Part shown: positions 1 to 9,206 of the stretch, one piece after another
Layout of the letters: each line of letters starts with the position of its first letter
How positions within the stretch are numbered: the first letter of the stretch is position 1
NCBI GenBank assembly: GCA_049606355.1
Contig: JBMYVL010000004.1
Location: 60,001 to 92,000, forward strand
DNA length: 32,000 nucleotides
Reading direction: 5' to 3'
Origin: Opitutales bacterium
GTDB lineage: Bacteria; Verrucomicrobiota; Verrucomicrobiia; Opitutales; Coraliomargaritaceae
Notes under the pieces: model-generated
Seen by the model: the letters and a program-made list of their open reading frames with translations, nothing else
Databases searched by the model: none
What the model was told of the DNA's origin: nothing
Program-made: the position numbers and the translations under genes

Positions 1-14
1 CGACGGGAGCCGAC

Positions 15-1001
15 ATGCCGCGACTGGCACCGCTCGGCCTTGTCTGGGAAACTGAGCTAACGAGCCCTAACCGTTATAGTGCCGAGGTCGAGTCCTTGCT
101 AGTGGCTTACGAAACAGAGGTCGGAGCACAGCTCCAGCCAGGCCCACGAAACAAAGTCGGTCTCAAAGTCAACACGCGTGGGGGGCGTGGACTTTCGACG
201 CCGGAAGCGTTATTAAAAAGTTTGATTCAGGCCTTGGAGCGCCGTGGCTTTGCGCCTTCAAACATACTGATTGTCGATTATGCGGCTCATGGATTAAGGC
301 AGGCCGGGATCTTACCTGCACTCAGTGATATGAGTGCACGCTTTGATGGCTGTCCTGTGCTCCCTCTCGACAGCGGCCTGTATTATGATCCCGATTGGTT
401 TTATGACAGTCCATTGCCGCCTGTCATTGAGCAAAAATCGCAACTTTTTGAGCCTCCTGCAGGAGGCCCTCAGCTGCAAGAAGGGGTAGAAGAGCGGAAG
501 AGCTTCCTGCCGACTCCTTTATTATTCGAAGTCGATTTTTGGATTAACTTAGCGGTTGGGGTCGATGATCCAGCACTTGGTGTGGACGGGGCGCTTGCCA
601 ATGCAACGCTTTGGAATGTGAGTAACAATCAGCGTTTTTTAGTCAACCGGGCGACAGCATCCGCAGCAGTCGCGGAAATTGCGGCGATACCGGAATTACG
701 AGAACGTATGGTACTCCACTTTCTTTCGATGGAGTACTTTCAATTCATTGCTGGGCCGTATTTCAATTCCATCTATACACGTAATGAGCCCCGCCTACGG
801 ATGAGTTGTGACCCCGTAGCGTTGGATCGCTTATTACTGGATCGCATCAATGAGCTGCGACTCTGGGAGGGCTTCCCTCAAATACATCCGCTACCGCAAC
901 AGTTTCCGTTCGCTGCTAGCTTGGGCTTGGGTGTATCTGACCTCGCGGCGATTCGTATCCACGAAGTGGCGACACCTCGGTCGGTCTCTCCAATTGATTA
1001 A
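15..1001 (+). CDS. DUF362-like hypothetical protein (possibly 5'-truncated by the window edge)
   Basis: 328-aa ORF. The frame stays open back to base 3, so the true start may lie upstream. KVGLKVN..., FWINLAVG...GALANATLWNV and MSCDPVALD resemble the KPNL / INLPKLKTH..ALKN / ASxDPVAxD pattern of DUF362 proteins. Recognised by eye only. Confidence 0.55.
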   Translation: MPRLAPLGLVWETELTSPNRYSAEVESLLVAYETEVGAQLQPGPRNKVGLKVNTRGGRGLSTPEALLKSLIQALERRGFAPSNILIVDYAAHGLRQAGILPALSDMSARFDGCPVLPLDSGLYYDPDWFYDSPLPPVIEQKSQLFEPPAGGPQLQEGVEERKSFLPTPLLFEVDFWINLAVGVDDPALGVDGALANATLWNVSNNQRFLVNRATASAAVAEIAAIPELRERMVLHFLSMEYFQFIAGPYFNSIYTRNEPRLRMSCDPVALDRLLLDRINELRLWEGFPQIHPLPQQFPFAASLGLGVSDLAAIRIHEVATPRSVSPID

Positions 1002-1060
1002 AGCGTTAATGTGGCGAATACGCTTGAAATTCAGTGTAAAGCATTTCTTCTACTGTTCGT

Positions 1061-1435
1061 ATGGAGATCGCGGATTACTATCCAATTCTAATTCAACTTT
1101 GCCTCGCCATGGGGGTGGGTATCGTTGTTCTGCTCGTGTCACATATTTTTGGGCAGCGCGGCACTCACTCTGCGATTAAAGACTCTCCATATGAGTGTGG
1201 GATGCTCTCACAGGGCTCGAGCCACGCGCGTTTTGCGGTTAAGTTTTATGTAACGGCAATGCTCTTCATCCTTTTTGATATCGAGGTCGTTTTCCTGTTT
1301 CCATGGGTTTTGGTCTTTCGGGAATTCTTAGCTGCGCAACTGCCGATATTGCTACCAATTTTCTTTTTCCTTTTCGTGCTGGTTCTTGGGCTTATTTATG
1401 AGTTGAGAAAAGGCGCGATTGAATGGGAGAAGTAG
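1061..1435 (+). CDS. nuoA: NADH-quinone oxidoreductase subunit A (ND3 family)
   Basis: 124 aa with three predicted TM helices. Hallmark motifs SPYECG and FDIEVVFLFPW are present. ATG start. Confidence 0.9.
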   Translation: MEIADYYPILIQLCLAMGVGIVVLLVSHIFGQRGTHSAIKDSPYECGMLSQGSSHARFAVKFYVTAMLFILFDIEVVFLFPWVLVFREFLAAQLPILLPIFFFLFVLVLGLIYELRKGAIEWEK

Positions 1436-1564
1436 TGCGCTAGTTGTTGAGTTTAATTCGTTCGAAGTTGGCTATTGAAAGAGCCTTGGCTTTGGCGAAT
1501 GCTGTCGATTAGCGCGCCGGCTTTTCCGACTACTGCTTGACCTAACGCCACTTTAATACTCCCC

Positions 1565-2923
1565 ATGCGCATCGACCGTTACATCGCTAAAAACCGTGTG
1601 ATTGATATCCAAAGCACGGATTTTAAGGGCGCCTTGTCGGAGTTGCTGGCTGTCTGCGATTTAAGTAAGGAAAAGGGGCTCACTAAGAAGCGCCTACTGG
1701 AAGAGTTGCTGGATCGTGAAAAGCAAATGACGACCTACCTCGGTAATGGAGTCTGCCTCCCGCATGCGCGGGTGCCAATGAAGCGCAACTACATGATCGC
1801 AGTCGGTCGATGTCCGGATGGTTTAAAGTACGATGGGCAGAAGGAGTATGGTGAGATCCGTTACGTTTTTCTACTGCTCGCTGCAAATAATGCGCGCAGT
1901 TACCTCTACAGCTTAGCGTCGCTTGCACGCGTCTTTCAGGATGTTTCTCACATGGAGCGCTTACAGTCGGCTGCCTCGCTTCCCGATTTTCGCCGTACCC
2001 TTAAGTCTGTTTTTGGCGGTGAAGGAAGTCAGCCGCGGCGACGCCATGATCGATTTAATAATTTAATTTTAAAAGAGGCCGCGAAGATCGCCCAGGGGGC
2101 CAATTGTACTTCGGTCTTGGTATTTGGAGATACCTTCGGCGGAGGAGTCGAATTAGGTGCGATCTTTAAGAACTTTAAGACTGTATTGATCGCGCATGGT
2201 ACGTCTGATGCAGTCATAGAACGGCAGGATATTGATGCCGTCTTACCGTTACGAGCCTTCAGTAATCACCGCTTTTCGCAATTGCGCAGTGCTGTCCTGA
2301 TTGGACTCACTCGGGGTATTTTCTCGAGTACTGAGCGGCTCTGCTGCGTAGGTGGTCTACCGCAAAGTAACCAGTTTGATAGTATCACCGTGGTGGATGT
2401 GGAACGTGAATTCCATACCATGCTGTTTCATAAGTCGGAGATGTTACCTTCCTCAGTTAAGCCTGAGGTGATTGAGCGCGTTTTGGCAATTGCGACCGAG
2501 CTTGCGGTTGAGGGGCGGGAAGGTCATCCAGTTGGATGTCTCTTCGCTTTGGGTAATGCAGAACGCATCTCAGAATATACAAAACCTCTCATATTGAATC
2601 CATTCTTTGGATACAAAGACGAAGATCGTAATATATTGAATCCATTTATGGATGAGACGGTGAAAGAACTTTCCTCCATTGATGGAGCGTTCATTATCCG
2701 AGGTGACGGGGTCTTGGTGTCTGCAGGATCGTTGATACATGCGCCGGACTATAATCATGACTTACCCAGTGGTTTAGGGAGTCGGCATGCAGCTGCAGCA
2801 TCGATCACGCAAGCGGTTGATTGCCTGTGTATTGTTGTTTCAGGCAGCACGGGTCAAGTGACGCTGTTTCGGCGTGGAGAAATGCTACCATTGATCGAGA
2901 AGGCGTTGTTGCGCAATAGTTAG
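1565..2923 (+). CDS. PTS EIIA(type 2/Ntr)-like domain + pyruvate-kinase-C-terminal-like domain + diadenylate cyclase (DAC/DisA_N) domain protein
   Basis: 452 aa. The N-terminus has the EIIA-2 pattern with the phosphorylatable His ([12 protein letters not shown], His67, nt 1763-1765). The middle region (aa ~165-285, [19 protein letters not shown]...KTVLIAHG...) has a PK_C-like alpha/beta pattern. The C-terminus is DAC-like: [22 protein letters not shown] (DGA motif), [13 protein letters not shown] (RHA where DisA/CdaA have RHR, nt 2783-2791) and [14 protein letters not shown]. Confidence 0.8.
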   Translation: MRIDRYIAKNRVIDIQSTDFKGALSELLAVCDLSKEKGLTKKRLLEELLDREKQMTTYLGNGVCLPHARVPMKRNYMIAVGRCPDGLKYDGQKEYGEIRYVFLLLAANNARSYLYSLASLARVFQDVSHMERLQSAASLPDFRRTLKSVFGGEGSQPRRRHDRFNNLILKEAAKIAQGANCTSVLVFGDTFGGGVELGAIFKNFKTVLIAHGTSDAVIERQDIDAVLPLRAFSNHRFSQLRSAVLIGLTRGIFSSTERLCCVGGLPQSNQFDSITVVDVEREFHTMLFHKSEMLPSSVKPEVIERVLAIATELAVEGREGHPVGCLFALGNAERISEYTKPLILNPFFGYKDEDRNILNPFMDETVKELSSIDGAFIIRGDGVLVSAGSLIHAPDYNHDLPSGLGSRHAAAASITQAVDCLCIVVSGSTGQVTLFRRGEMLPLIEKALLRNS

Positions 2924-4053
2924 ATTTCGCGCGAGCCTACATAGACGCGTGTGACTCGTTTCGTGATCGAGCAAAGTGATTCCCAGGGAATGCTACCTGC
3001 GGTTTGGCTGAACTCGGTGACGGTGATTTCTTCTGCGCCACTGGAGCCGATTAATACAGCGGTTTCACCCGGCTCAACATTCACTAATGGTGTGATATCG
3101 ACAATCGTTTGGTCCATTGTCACACGCCCTAAAATCGGACAGCGTTGCCCATGGATGAGCACAGCGCCGGTATTGCTGAGTGCCAATGGAATTCCATCCG
3201 CATAACCTGCTGTGAGTACGGCGATGCGCGAGTCACGGGTGAGTTGATGGGTGCGTCCGTAGCTAATGTCGGTGGCAGCGGGCAAGTCTTTGATCAGGCC
3301 GACGCGTGTATAAAAACTAAATACTGGTTCTACTGGAACGTGGCCGAGCGCAGATTGTGGGTAGGGTGGTACGCCAAATTGTAAAAGCCCAATTCGGACC
3401 GCATTGAACGGGTTTGTGCCACTCAGCGATCGGAGACTCGCGGAATTATCCGCATGTATTAAAAGTCCTTCCTTCGGGATGGTCTCGAGTACTCTCAGCA
3501 GGCGCTCACGTTGCAGGCGAGTGAATGATGGATCGCTATCGGCGCTGGAAAAATGAGTGTAGATGCCTTCGAGCTTGAGGTGGGGCAGTTGTTGGATGGT
3601 GTGCAGTAATTCGGTGGCCTGCTCGTGCCAGACTCCGAGTCGGCCCATGCCTGTATCGATTTTTAGATGGACCTTGAGCTGGGCTCTTTTTTGGCCTGCC
3701 AATTCGTTGAGCCAGTTTGCTTCAGCTTGTGTGCTTATGGTCGGAGTTAAATCATCCTCGATCAAGCGCGCGGCTTCTTCGGGCAGGACTGGACTCAGAA
3801 TCAATATGGGCCATCCGACTCCCATGTGGCGAATATCTGCAGCTTCCTTGATATTCGCTACAGCAAAGGCATCGACTCCGCTTTGCATGAGGCGGCGGAC
3901 GATCTGTGGCATACCATGCCCGTAGGCATCTGCTTTAACCACGGCGACATAGCGCATCTTTGCTGGAAGTGCTGCTTGAATCCCTTTCAAGTTGCGCTCG
4001 AACGCGGCCAAATCGATTTCGGCCCAGCAACGCTGTTGTCTATTGATGGACAT
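2920..4053 (-). CDS. alr: alanine racemase
   Basis: PLP-lysine motif [10 protein letters not shown] near the N-terminus, and a typical length. The ORF-track start at 4062 is TTG. I prefer the ATG at 4053 ([15 protein letters not shown]). The stop codon overlaps the stop of the convergent 1565..2923 gene. Confidence 0.9.
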   Translation of the reverse strand: MSINRQQRCWAEIDLAAFERNLKGIQAALPAKMRYVAVVKADAYGHGMPQIVRRLMQSGVDAFAVANIKEAADIRHMGVGWPILILSPVLPEEAARLIEDDLTPTISTQAEANWLNELAGQKRAQLKVHLKIDTGMGRLGVWHEQATELLHTIQQLPHLKLEGIYTHFSSADSDPSFTRLQRERLLRVLETIPKEGLLIHADNSASLRSLSGTNPFNAVRIGLLQFGVPPYPQSALGHVPVEPVFSFYTRVGLIKDLPAATDISYGRTHQLTRDSRIAVLTAGYADGIPLALSNTGAVLIHGQRCPILGRVTMDQTIVDITPLVNVEPGETAVLIGSSGAEEITVTEFSQTAGSIPWESLCSITKRVTRVYVGSREI

Positions 4054-4073
4054 AACTTTCAAATGAATTCAAG

Positions 4074-4757
4074 TTATGGACCGCGGTGTCGTTGCGGAAC
4101 CCACTTCTGAAAGCGACTGGAGCTCGCACTGTAGAGCTGAATACCTTCCGTTTGCCATAGCAGCCCGGTTTCATCCAGACAGTCAATGAGGCATTTAGGC
4201 TGATGTGCGACGGTCGTACAATTTTCAGGTGGTGTTTGCCAACCCTTGCGTTGAGGGAGGTGAAAGCGAGGGCCAGACCACGCGTTTAAAGTGGCGGTGT
4301 CGATTACCTTAAGGGGCCCTGCCTTGCCATCAGCGAATTGTATCGCATGCCAAGCATCCTTTTTCCAATCAGACACGAGCAGCCCATTCGATAGTTGCGG
4401 TTGGTCGCGCAGTATCAATTCAGCGGTCAGGCATAAACTGTTGTAGGCATAGCGCGGTAGCGGTTCAGGCTGTAGGCGTGACCACGTTTGAATCGCCATA
4501 GCAGCCAAGCGCAGCCCTAAAACCGAGCCTGGACCTTCGCTATAAATGAAGCTGCGTAATTCAGAAAGTTCTGTTTGCGCAGCTTGAAGCGCCTGTTCGA
4601 CACACGAGAAGAGCGACTCCAAAGCGCCCCCGGCGTATTCTGCATAGGCCTGCCAGGTGCGATCAGCTCCGAGAACTCCAGCAGCCACGCAAGGGCTACT
4701 CGCGTCGATAACCAGCGCGGGTAGGGGTGGGCGGGCTCTGTCGCCATGCTTGCTCAT
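4074..4757 (-). CDS. tsaB: tRNA t6A37 threonylcarbamoyltransferase complex dimerisation subunit TsaB-like (divergent)
   Basis: 227 aa. LVIDASSPCVAAGVL... and YSEGPGSVLGLRLAAMAIQ parallel the E. coli YeaZ/TsaB motifs ILAIDTAT... and GRGPGSFTGVRIG. Lies 20 nt upstream of alr on the same strand. Confidence 0.6.
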   Translation of the reverse strand: MSKHGDRARPPLPALVIDASSPCVAAGVLGADRTWQAYAEYAGGALESLFSCVEQALQAAQTELSELRSFIYSEGPGSVLGLRLAAMAIQTWSRLQPEPLPRYAYNSLCLTAELILRDQPQLSNGLLVSDWKKDAWHAIQFADGKAGPLKVIDTATLNAWSGPRFHLPQRKGWQTPPENCTTVAHQPKCLIDCLDETGLLWQTEGIQLYSASSSRFQKWVPQRHRGP

Positions 4758-4821
4758 GCGCTCATCGGAATGTAATCCTGCATGGGTTGCAAGCGGAGAC
4801 CGCAGCGCGCGGTAACTTCGA

Positions 4822-4849
4822 GTTGCGCTGCCAAGTCTGGCAACGCGAC
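4822..4849 (-). terminator. GC-rich hairpin between the 5S-type carboxyltransferase gene and tsaB (possible terminator or processing/stability element, no U-tract)
   Basis: 12-position stem (gttgcgctgcca / tggcaacgcgac) with one mismatch, one G-U pair and an agtc loop. Sits 20 nt downstream of the stop at 4869. Confidence 0.3.
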
Positions 4850-4868
4850 GCGGTACAATCGGCTGGTT

Positions 4869-6353
4869 TTATGAGGCGAGTTCTTCGACGTCTACTTCCA
4901 CACGTTTGCCGTTGATAGTGAGTGCATAGTGCTTGCGCGACTGCACGCTGTCTTGATGACTCGCGTGAGCCGCCGGCACGACCACGGGTTTGGATGAGCT
5001 CGCACCTTTGAGGTGCGCTTCCAATTGCTGTGGAAACATGGCGTGAATAACACAATGCTCAGGGTCGCTGGGGAGGCCTTTAGCATCCAATTCTCTTTTG
5101 AGCGCATCCATATGAACTGGCTTGGCTTGAGGAGATTCAACGGGCCGACACGAGATCGGTTCACGGTTTGTTTGTTGGGCAGCTAACTTCTGTACGTGCT
5201 CGTCAACCGGGGCCGGGCAACGGCCATAATACCCCAGTGCAATATCGGCAGCCTGAGGTGTGATTTGCTTCCAGCGTCCGAATTTGACATTGAGGAAGGC
5301 CTGCATGCCGACGATTTGTGATGTGGGTGTAACCAGCGGAATCCAACCCAGTGCTTCGCGAACCACTGGAATTTCTCTGAAGACCGCATCAAATTGATCT
5401 TCCATCTTTTGTTCTTTGAGTTGGGTGCGAAAGTTAGAGAGCATACCGCCGGGTACTTGGTACTCGAGGGTATCGACATCAATAACTTCATTTTTATGCG
5501 CGGTGTAAGCGTGTAGTTCTGCGTAGACCTGCTCCAAATGGTGACGCATCGTTTTAAGTGCTTGCTGCTGGCGCTTGGATATGGACGGACAGCGCGGGTG
5601 GTCTTTGAGTAGCGCCAACATGCGTGTCGTATCCGGCTGGCCGGTGCCGTTGGCAAAAGGAGCAATTGACAGATCAATGGCATCGGCTCCCGCATCGATG
5701 GCAGACAGGTAAGTGCTGGCGCCCAATCCGGCAGTATCGTGCGTGTGAATCCAAACTGGTATTTTCACGCTAGTTTTAAGGCCGTGAATAATACGATAGG
5801 CATCTTGTGGAGCGATGAGCCCTGCCATATCCTTGAGAACGATGGCATCGGCGCCCATCGTTTCCAGTTCCTGTCCCATTGCGATGAATTTTTCGGTCGT
5901 ATGCACCGGGCTGCGAGTGAAGCAAATCGTCCCATGGGCTTGTTGCCCCGCGGCTTTCGCAGCTTGTATGGCACAGCGCATGTTGCGCGGGTCGTTGAGC
6001 GCATCAAATATGCGAAATATATTCATGCCGTGGTCGGCACTGCAGCGTATAAAGGCTTCGACTACATCGTCGGGAAAATGGGCGTATTGGACGATGTTTT
6101 GCCCACGCAAAAGCATCATGTGGGGTGTTCGAGGGCAGGCTTGCTTGAGCGCATCGAGACGATCAAAGGGGAACTCGTCGAGGAAGCGCAGACCTGAGTC
6201 AATTGTCGCGCCACCCCAGGTTTCGAGAGCTGCGAATCCCCAGTCGTCGAGCATTTCGCAGATGGGTAGCATCTGCTTGGTCGTCATGCGGGTGGCGGCA
6301 AGGCTTTGATGACCATCGCGAAGCACGGTGTTATTCAATTGAATGGCATGCAT
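4869..6353 (-). CDS. carboxyltransferase of the transcarboxylase-5S / oxaloacetate decarboxylase alpha (OadA) family, without a biotinyl domain
   Basis: Motifs VLRDGHQSLAATRM, VLKDMAGLI (carbamyl-Lys position), HTHDTAG metal ligands and QVPGGMLSN. About 495-503 aa, like the Propionibacterium 5S subunit. The C-terminus (..YALTINGKRVEVDVEELAS) has no AMKM biotin motif. Start is either ATG 6353 (MHAIQLNNTVLRDGHQS) or GTG 6380. Confidence 0.85.
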   Translation of the reverse strand: MHAIQLNNTVLRDGHQSLAATRMTTKQMLPICEMLDDWGFAALETWGGATIDSGLRFLDEFPFDRLDALKQACPRTPHMMLLRGQNIVQYAHFPDDVVEAFIRCSADHGMNIFRIFDALNDPRNMRCAIQAAKAAGQQAHGTICFTRSPVHTTEKFIAMGQELETMGADAIVLKDMAGLIAPQDAYRIIHGLKTSVKIPVWIHTHDTAGLGASTYLSAIDAGADAIDLSIAPFANGTGQPDTTRMLALLKDHPRCPSISKRQQQALKTMRHHLEQVYAELHAYTAHKNEVIDVDTLEYQVPGGMLSNFRTQLKEQKMEDQFDAVFREIPVVREALGWIPLVTPTSQIVGMQAFLNVKFGRWKQITPQAADIALGYYGRCPAPVDEHVQKLAAQQTNREPISCRPVESPQAKPVHMDALKRELDAKGLPSDPEHCVIHAMFPQQLEAHLKGASSSKPVVVPAAHASHQDSVQSRKHYALTINGKRVEVDVEELAS

Positions 6354-6552
6354 GAGTGAAGGCGCGTACTGCAATTTCACATATGAAGCTAAAGCAAATG
6401 GTCGTGAGCGGCAAGCGGCATCCGTGGGCCCGTATCACTAAAAGTATTTACAGCGATGGTCGAAAGATTTGCTAATGCATGGTTTGGGCGCTTGCAGAGG
6501 ATCATTTTTACGGCTTTTTGGGAGTTGATGTACCTCTTGTCGCGCCCATAAC

Positions 6553-8298
6553 TTGCAGACAGTGAATGCCTTTGAACATAGAACTTTCGATGCTTCCGCG
6601 CGCTCGAACGCAAATGCCGCATGGGGCGCAGTTACAATGGAGGTTTTGGCCCGTTTGGGTATTGAGCATGTTGTGATTTCGCCGGGTTCTCGCTCTACGC
6701 CACTGACTCTTGCAGCCGCGAAAAATCCGAAATTGGAGACCCTGGTCATACTGGATGAGCGCACCGCTGGATTTATCGCACTGGGCATTGCGAAACGCAG
6801 TCGCAAGCCAGTGGCACTGGTTTGTACATCGGGTACCGCTGCAGCTAATTATCATCCAGCCGTCATAGAAGCCTCGCTCAGCGGGACACCACTGCTAGTC
6901 TTAACAGCCGATCGGCCACCTGAATTACGTGACTGCTCTGCAGGGCAAACCATCGATCAAATCAAATTATTCGGTTCCTCTGTGCGATTGTTTGCCGAGA
7001 TGTCGCTACCCGAACTGCTGCCAGAAAGACTCGCCTATCTGCGTCAATCGCTGGTCCATGCGGTCGATCGTGCCGTGCAGATCCATCCTGGACCCGTTCA
7101 TTTAAATTTCCCATTTCGTGAGCCCTTGCTTGCGTTGACAAATGCCGAGCCAGTTGTTGATGCGAATAGCTTGGAGCAGGCGGCTACGGTCGTTACTCGC
7201 GTGACGGAGGCAGTTTCAATCGGTGGCGCTCTCGATACGGTCGCAATTGAGCGCCTGAGTAGTCACCGTAAAGGCATCATTGTTGTTGGCGATATTAACC
7301 CACGTGGTGGGGATGTGGAGTTTGCAACAGCAGTGGCCTTGCTTTCTCAAAAGTTGGGTTGGCCGGTTTTGGCGGACGTACTGAATCCCTTGCGTGGCCA
7401 TGCGGATGAACTGTCGGGTCTCGTCTGCCACTACGATCGCCACCTGCGTGCGGCTACGGATGCAGTTGAGTTAAAGCCGACTGCCGTGCTGCAAATCGGG
7501 GCACTTCCCACGAGTAAAGTGTTACGCACATGGCTCCAGGAAATCGACGCGACTCATTTTCTGTTAGTAGACCGCCCCTTTAACAGTGACCCTTTGCATC
7601 GTATTGCCACGGTCTTGCATGGTGATGCCTCTGGATTAGCTGACCAAATCAAACCGCTGCATGGGGATTCGGAATGGCTGTCCGCATGGACGCACTTAGA
7701 GGCGCGTGCGACAGCGGATGTGAATGCACGACTGGAGCCCTTAGAGAGCTTGTTTGAAGGTAAGGCCGCTTGGTTGTTATCGCAACAAGTGCCCGCTGGG
7801 AGTTCGGTTTTTTTAGCCAGCAGTATGAGTGTGCGCTATGCTGAATGGTTCTGGTGTGTCGGTAGCCCTGCAGGTTCAATTTACGCCAACCGTGGCGCCA
7901 ATGGGATTGACGGCACTTTGGGCACGGCTGTCGGGGTGGCACATCGCGGATCACCTACGATCCTTCTTACCGGTGATTTGGCTTTCTTGCATGACACCAA
8001 CGCACTGCTGGCAGCGAAGGATCTACGCGGTAGCTTAACGGTGGTGCTGATTAACAACAACGGCGGTGGCATCTTTGAGCATTTACCCGTAGCTAACGTA
8101 GACTGTTTCGAGGATCATTTCGCAGCGCCACAGGAAGTGAACTTACAAACACTCTGTGCTGCATATGGAGTCACATATAAATGTATTCAAGATTGGGATA
8201 CTTATACCGCCGAGTTAAAAGATCCGTCTGAAGGGCTACGTGTCTTGGAGTTGAAAACCGACCGAAAGGCCGATAGTGAATTTTTGAAAACACTCTAA
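6553..8298 (+). CDS. menD: 2-succinyl-5-enolpyruvyl-6-hydroxy-3-cyclohexene-1-carboxylate (SEPHCHC) synthase
   Basis: N-terminal [35 protein letters not shown] matches the E. coli MenD N-terminus. ThDP-binding region GANGIDG...NNNGGGIF is present. The start is uncertain: TTG 6553 or GTG 6562, with no in-frame ATG upstream of the conserved block. Confidence 0.9.
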   Translation: MQTVNAFEHRTFDASARSNANAAWGAVTMEVLARLGIEHVVISPGSRSTPLTLAAAKNPKLETLVILDERTAGFIALGIAKRSRKPVALVCTSGTAAANYHPAVIEASLSGTPLLVLTADRPPELRDCSAGQTIDQIKLFGSSVRLFAEMSLPELLPERLAYLRQSLVHAVDRAVQIHPGPVHLNFPFREPLLALTNAEPVVDANSLEQAATVVTRVTEAVSIGGALDTVAIERLSSHRKGIIVVGDINPRGGDVEFATAVALLSQKLGWPVLADVLNPLRGHADELSGLVCHYDRHLRAATDAVELKPTAVLQIGALPTSKVLRTWLQEIDATHFLLVDRPFNSDPLHRIATVLHGDASGLADQIKPLHGDSEWLSAWTHLEARATADVNARLEPLESLFEGKAAWLLSQQVPAGSSVFLASSMSVRYAEWFWCVGSPAGSIYANRGANGIDGTLGTAVGVAHRGSPTILLTGDLAFLHDTNALLAAKDLRGSLTVVLINNNGGGIFEHLPVANVDCFEDHFAAPQEVNLQTLCAAYGVTYKCIQDWDTYTAELKDPSEGLRVLELKTDRKADSEFLKTL

Positions 8299-8312
8299 AT
8301 GAAAAGCTACCT

Positions 8313-9146
8313 ATGAATTGGAACAAAGTCCGGGATTTCGAAGAAATTATTTACGAGAAGAACGATGGTATCGCCAAGGTCACGATCAATCGACCGCACC
8401 GACGCAATGCGTTTACGCCCGATACCGTTGCCGAATTGATTGAGGCCTTTATCGATGCGCGAGAGGATCCTTCGGTGGGGGTGGTGCTCCTGACGGGGTT
8501 CAATCCACAGACTGACGGTAAGTTCGCGTTTTGTTCTGGCGGCGATCAAAAAATTCGAGGGCATCAGCAGGGAGGCTATATTGGCCGTGATGGCGTGCCG
8601 CGGCTAAACGTATTAGACCTGCAGAAGTTGATCCGTTCGATGCCCAAGGTAGTGATCGCCTTGGTGGCCGGCTATGCTATTGGTGGTGGGCATGTATTGC
8701 ATGTGGTGTGTGATCTGACGATTGCAGCGGATAATGCAGTGTTTGGTCAAACAGGCCCGAAGGTCGGGAGCTTTGACGGCGGATTTGGGTCAAGCTATTT
8801 GGCGCGTATCGTGGGTCAAAAAAAGGCCCGAGAAATTTGGTACTTGTGTCGTCAATATTCTGCCCAAGAGGGGCTGGATATGGGACTGGTGAATAAAGTA
8901 GTGCCCTATGAAGAGCTTGAGGCCGAGGGCGTACAATGGGCACAAGAAATAATGAACCACAGTCCACTTTCGATTCGTTGTCTAAAGGCCGCGTTTAATG
9001 CCGATGTGGATGGGCAGCAGGGCTTGCAAGAGCTGGCTGGCAATGCGACCTTACTCTATTATATGACAGAGGAGGGCGAAGAGGGCCGCAAGGCTTGGAA
9101 TGAGAAGCGGGCGCCTGAATTTAGAAAATATCCGTGGCTTCCCTAG
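8313..9146 (+). CDS. menB: 1,4-dihydroxy-2-naphthoyl-CoA synthase
   Basis: Crotonase-fold motifs [12 protein letters not shown] and FCSGGDQK. 277 aa. Starts 14 nt after the menD stop. Confidence 0.93.
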   Translation: MNWNKVRDFEEIIYEKNDGIAKVTINRPHRRNAFTPDTVAELIEAFIDAREDPSVGVVLLTGFNPQTDGKFAFCSGGDQKIRGHQQGGYIGRDGVPRLNVLDLQKLIRSMPKVVIALVAGYAIGGGHVLHVVCDLTIAADNAVFGQTGPKVGSFDGGFGSSYLARIVGQKKAREIWYLCRQYSAQEGLDMGLVNKVVPYEELEAEGVQWAQEIMNHSPLSIRCLKAAFNADVDGQQGLQELAGNATLLYYMTEEGEEGRKAWNEKRAPEFRKYPWLP

Positions 9147-9206
9147 CGGTCTGACTGCCTAACCTATGGCTGAAATCAGCGATGGGTTTGAGTGCAGCAG
9201 AGTGCC

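Noticed and set aside
850-1179. 109-aa ORF bridging the DUF362-like gene and nuoA
   Set aside because: It overlaps two better-supported genes out of frame and has no motifs.
1436-1564. Possible tRNA (GTTCGAA at 1460-1466) or c-di-AMP riboswitch upstream of the DAC gene
   Set aside because: The flanks of GTTCGAA cannot form a T-arm, and no acceptor or anticodon stems are evident. I saw none of the conserved ydaO-type motifs.
5183-6309. 170-aa (minus), 152-aa and 164-aa (plus) ORFs inside the 5S-type carboxyltransferase gene
   Set aside because: They are in an alternative frame or antisense to a gene with clear family motifs. Their composition is typical of frame-shifted translation.
6381-6552. 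172-bp divergent intergenic region between the 5S-type gene and menD, as a candidate riboswitch or sRNA
   Set aside because: I found no conserved riboswitch core (no B12 box, no TPP or biotin-related motifs) and no convincing stable structure. It is most simply two divergent promoters.
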